Virus record (IMG/VR): IMGVR_UViG_3300010167_001484
Location: 150,047-214,046 of that record
Reading direction: 5' to 3' (one strand)
Source: a virus
Lineage: Duplodnaviria > Caudoviricetes
DNA length: 64,000 nt
The notes below the pieces were generated by a model. It was not told the DNA's origin, made no database searches, and saw nothing but the letters and a program-made list of their open reading frames with translations. The translations under genes were made by a program, and so were the position numbers. This document shows positions 61,538 to 64,000 of the stretch, one piece after another. Position 1 is the stretch's first letter. Each line of letters starts with the position of its first letter.

Positions 61538-61897
61538 GAATAGAGTGTGAACCTGTACAGTAAACTAGCGTCAGGGTGGAGTGATTATTTGTCGAACATT
61601 CGGCCGTCAGCCTTGAAAGCAATGCCGGAGAACGCCGCTTCTTGCACCAGTAGACCGGGCTTGTACAATCCGGAATAATCTACGCAAGATATTCGAGATG
61701 CGAATTAGAATGGGAATAGCATTAGCTGGAGCCTTCTGTACAGTGAAGCCCAAGGGAGATAAATAGGAGTACTTGGAGAATAGACTTAGTGAGCTATTCC
61801 GTTGATTAACCATTTTGAGTTCATGGTTATACATCGAGAATCTATGATTGAGGACACAAGTGAAATTAAACCTCATAAAAACAACTTCTATCTATTC
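61538..61897 (+). ncRNA. Candidate ~360-nt structured non-coding RNA of unknown family
   Basis: GC-richer than its surroundings, no plausible + strand ORF, starts just after TTTCGTTATA (61521); terminal GAATAGA / TCTATTC pairing and at least six internal stems. Confidence 0.65.
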
Positions 61898-61927
61898 TTC
61901 CTTGTAAAAAATATTTTTAATTTGGTA

Positions 61928-61956
61928 TTGACTTTTAGTTAGTTTTATTATACAAT
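61928..61956 (+). promoter_or_regulatory. sigma70/sigmaA-type promoter of the Ro60 gene
   Basis: TTGACT-17 nt-TACAAT. Confidence 0.75.
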
Positions 61957-61989
61957 GTAATACTTGATTCATTTCTAGTAGGAGTGTAT

Positions 61990-63633
61990 ATGATGAGTAA
62001 GATATCTAAAGTAGTAGCGGATATGGTCGAAGTACAATCTTTGCAACCAGATAAAATTGTAGAAAATTTTATGTGTGGTGATTCATATGTAATGACTGCA
62101 TTGACAACATTGAAGATGGTTTCTGCAAGTTCAATATTTGGTGAACCTGCTTATTATAGAGATGGATTATTCGGAAGAGCTAAGGTAAAAGATGCTATGT
62201 ATGATGTACATCATCTAATTGGTGAATTTGATTTGTTATCAGAATTTGATAATAAAACTACTTCTGAAATAATGGAAAAAGTTATAGATAACGCTCTCGA
62301 TGAGGATTTTGGTGCAGTGTTATATTGGGCAATTAAACTTCGTCATGAATATAATATGCGTTTGAATCCTCAAGTAATAATGGTTCGTGCAGCCATGCAT
62401 CCAAGAAGGAAAGAATGGACAGATAATAATCCAGGTAAATTTAATGAGATTCAAATGCAAGTTATGTCACGTGCTGATGAGCCTGCTACACAACTTACAT
62501 ACTATCTATTTAAACATGAAGGAAAGAAGAATAATATTCCATCTATTCTTAAACGTTCAATAGCGAAACGTCTTTCTGAGTTCGGTTTTTATCAGATTGC
62601 TAAATATAAGAATCATGAAATAGGTATTATAAATGCAGTTCGTTTGACTCATGCAAATTCTAAAGTTATCGATGAGTTAATGCAGAAGGGTACAATTGAA
62701 CTCAACACTGAGCAAAAAACATGGGAGAATCTACGTTCTGAAGGTAAATCTTGGATAGAAATTTATAATACTATAAATATCGGTCATATGGCCTTACTTA
62801 GAAATATCCGAGGAGTATTTGAAGAAGTTGATGATATCGATTTTTGTAAAGTTTATATGGAGAAACTTAAATCAGGTGTATTAGATGGAAAACAATTTCC
62901 GTTTAGATATTTATCAGCTATGAAAGCAATAACTAATTCTAATGTCAACCATAAAATTATAATAATGGATGAATTAGAGATTTGTATGGATATCGCAGTA
63001 AATAATATGCCTAAGATCAAAGGTAAAACAATGTGTTTATCTGATAACTCAGGCTCAGCTTGGGGTACATTTAATTCTGAATACGGTACAATTACAATAG
63101 CTGAAATTGATAATCTTTCATCAGTGATAGTTGCAGCATGTTCAGATGAAGGATATGTTGGAAAATTTGGAAATCGTTTAATTATCACACCTATAACTAA
63201 ACGTAGCGGTATATTGAATCATACAAAGAGTATTAATGATAATGAATCTGAAGATGTTGGTGGCAATACTGAAGGAGGTATATGGGAATTCTTTCGAGAT
63301 GCTATAGCTGATAAAGAACATTGGGATAATATATGTATTTTCAGTGATATGCAGTGTGGACATGGTCAACTTTATGGTACAAGTTACCAGAAATCAGAAT
63401 ATGAAAAAGCTGGATTTGATGAAGTAGGTCATATAAATGTTTTTGCACTTGTTAGAGAATATCGCAAGAAAGTTAACCCTAAAGTTAATGTATTCTGTAT
63501 ACAAACTGCAGGTTATGATAATTCATCAATACCTGAATTAGCTTACAGAACTCATCTGATGTATGGGTGGACTGGACGAGAATTAGTATATATGGATTCT
63601 GTTATAAAACTTTGGGATGAATCAGAAAATTGA
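61990..63633 (+). CDS. Ro60 / TROVE-domain RNA-binding protein with a vWA domain
   Basis: FGEPAYY, MRLNP, YQIAKY, TWE, MALLRN, QFPFRY, MIDAS-like DNSGS, SDMQ and YGW motifs typical of Ro60/Rsr. Start is 61984, 61990 or 61993. Confidence 0.92.
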   Translation: MMSKISKVVADMVEVQSLQPDKIVENFMCGDSYVMTALTTLKMVSASSIFGEPAYYRDGLFGRAKVKDAMYDVHHLIGEFDLLSEFDNKTTSEIMEKVIDNALDEDFGAVLYWAIKLRHEYNMRLNPQVIMVRAAMHPRRKEWTDNNPGKFNEIQMQVMSRADEPATQLTYYLFKHEGKKNNIPSILKRSIAKRLSEFGFYQIAKYKNHEIGIINAVRLTHANSKVIDELMQKGTIELNTEQKTWENLRSEGKSWIEIYNTINIGHMALLRNIRGVFEEVDDIDFCKVYMEKLKSGVLDGKQFPFRYLSAMKAITNSNVNHKIIIMDELEICMDIAVNNMPKIKGKTMCLSDNSGSAWGTFNSEYGTITIAEIDNLSSVIVAACSDEGYVGKFGNRLIITPITKRSGILNHTKSINDNESEDVGGNTEGGIWEFFRDAIADKEHWDNICIFSDMQCGHGQLYGTSYQKSEYEKAGFDEVGHINVFALVREYRKKVNPKVNVFCIQTAGYDNSSIPELAYRTHLMYGWTGRELVYMDSVIKLWDESEN

Positions 63634-63729
63634 GTACTGATGCAGCTAGATCGGTTACTTCATATAATGAATAAGACTGCTAATCTTACACCCGGAAGGG
63701 TTTACCGATCTAATTATTCTCAGTACTCA
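63631..63729 (+). ncRNA. Y-RNA-like RNA with a tRNA-like cloverleaf head (Ser GCU anticodon-type loop)
   Basis: Perfect stems TGAGTACTGA/TCAGTACTCA and TAGATCGGT/ACCGATCTA enclose three hairpins; directly follows the Ro60 gene. Confidence 0.8.
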
Positions 63730-63751
63730 GAATTTAAGAAGGAGTTATTTT

Positions 63752-64000
63752 GTGAAGAGATTATTAGGTATTTTACTTATTTTAATCTTAGTTGGAGTAT
63801 TGTTAAGTTTAGTGTATTATGATATTTCAAGTCATGCATCAGTTGATAGTCATTCTATATTTGATGAAATAATCCATTATGTGATACACATAGTAATTTG
63901 TGTTATATTCTGTACGTTATTTCATAATTCAATGCATAAATTCTTAAATTGGGTTATAAAACTTGTAGGTTTCAAAATCCAAGATAGTCATAAAGATTAG
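63752..64000 (+). CDS. Small membrane protein
   Basis: GTG start after AGGAG; two hydrophobic segments. Confidence 0.55.
   Translation: MKRLLGILLILILVGVLLSLVYYDISSHASVDSHSIFDEIIHYVIHIVICVIFCTLFHNSMHKFLNWVIKLVGFKIQDSHKD

Noticed and set aside
61607-61876. 89-aa minus-strand ORF in the gap before Ro60
   Set aside because: Opposite to all real genes, no recognisable motif, and the region is better explained by + strand RNA stems following a promoter motif.
61538-61897. tmRNA, RNase P RNA, SRP RNA or a self-splicing intron
   Set aside because: Similar size, but I could not find tRNA-Ala-like ends, GAGGAAAGUCC, the SRP GGAA-loop helix, or group I/II core motifs. An Rfam search is still needed.
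63659-63701. A true tRNA-Ser gene
   Set aside because: It has an anticodon-type arm but no TTCRA T-loop, no D-loop GG, no long variable arm and no free acceptor end.
63640-63822. 60-aa ORF after Ro60
   Set aside because: No clear RBS; it overlaps the nested perfect stems of the Y-like RNA and the better-supported gene at 63752.

Overview
A 64-kb, strongly AT-rich segment of a large tailed bacteriophage genome: a myovirus-like phage with a T4-type head module. Essentially all real genes are on the + strand and use the standard genetic code. The host is probably Bacillota/Clostridia, judged from the strong AGGAGG ribosome-binding sites, RecU, a peptidoglycan-binding endolysin and sigmaA-type promoters. 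Gene order: baseplate and tail-fibre genes (1-10.3 kb); prohead protease/scaffold, major capsid, neck and head-associated genes (10.3-18.5 kb); collar, collagen and Gly-rich fibre genes (18.6-26.4 kb); an intein-containing SNF2 helicase; a ~10-kb array of small unrelated proteins (30.6-41 kb); endolysin, LRR protein, small early/middle genes, HD hydrolase, holins, UvrD, Rad50-like ATPase, HPRT; and a Ro60/TROVE locus. Two systems stand out. (1) About 21 otherwise unrelated proteins, plus ~9 variants, start with the same 7-8 residue leader M-K-[KRIVL]-[LIVF]-[IV]-x-[AST]. The leader ends in an [ILV]-x-[ASG] motif that also recurs in the capsid propeptide and the protease/scaffold tail. I infer a capsid-targeting and maturation code analogous to the T4 CTS, but with small-residue rather than Glu cleavage, loading a large cargo set that includes a DarA-like domain, a Dps-like domain and DUF4160-like proteins. 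(2) The Ro60 gene is flanked by two unannotated structured RNAs. Downstream is a ~100-nt Y-RNA-like cloverleaf with a canonical-looking Ser(GCU) anticodon loop. Upstream is a ~360-nt multi-stem RNA with its own promoter motif and three palindromic UGUACA elements. Two phage-specific promoter-like motifs (TTTCGTTATA and AACCTTWWATA) partition the genes. All family assignments are from motif recognition by eye; no database searches were run.
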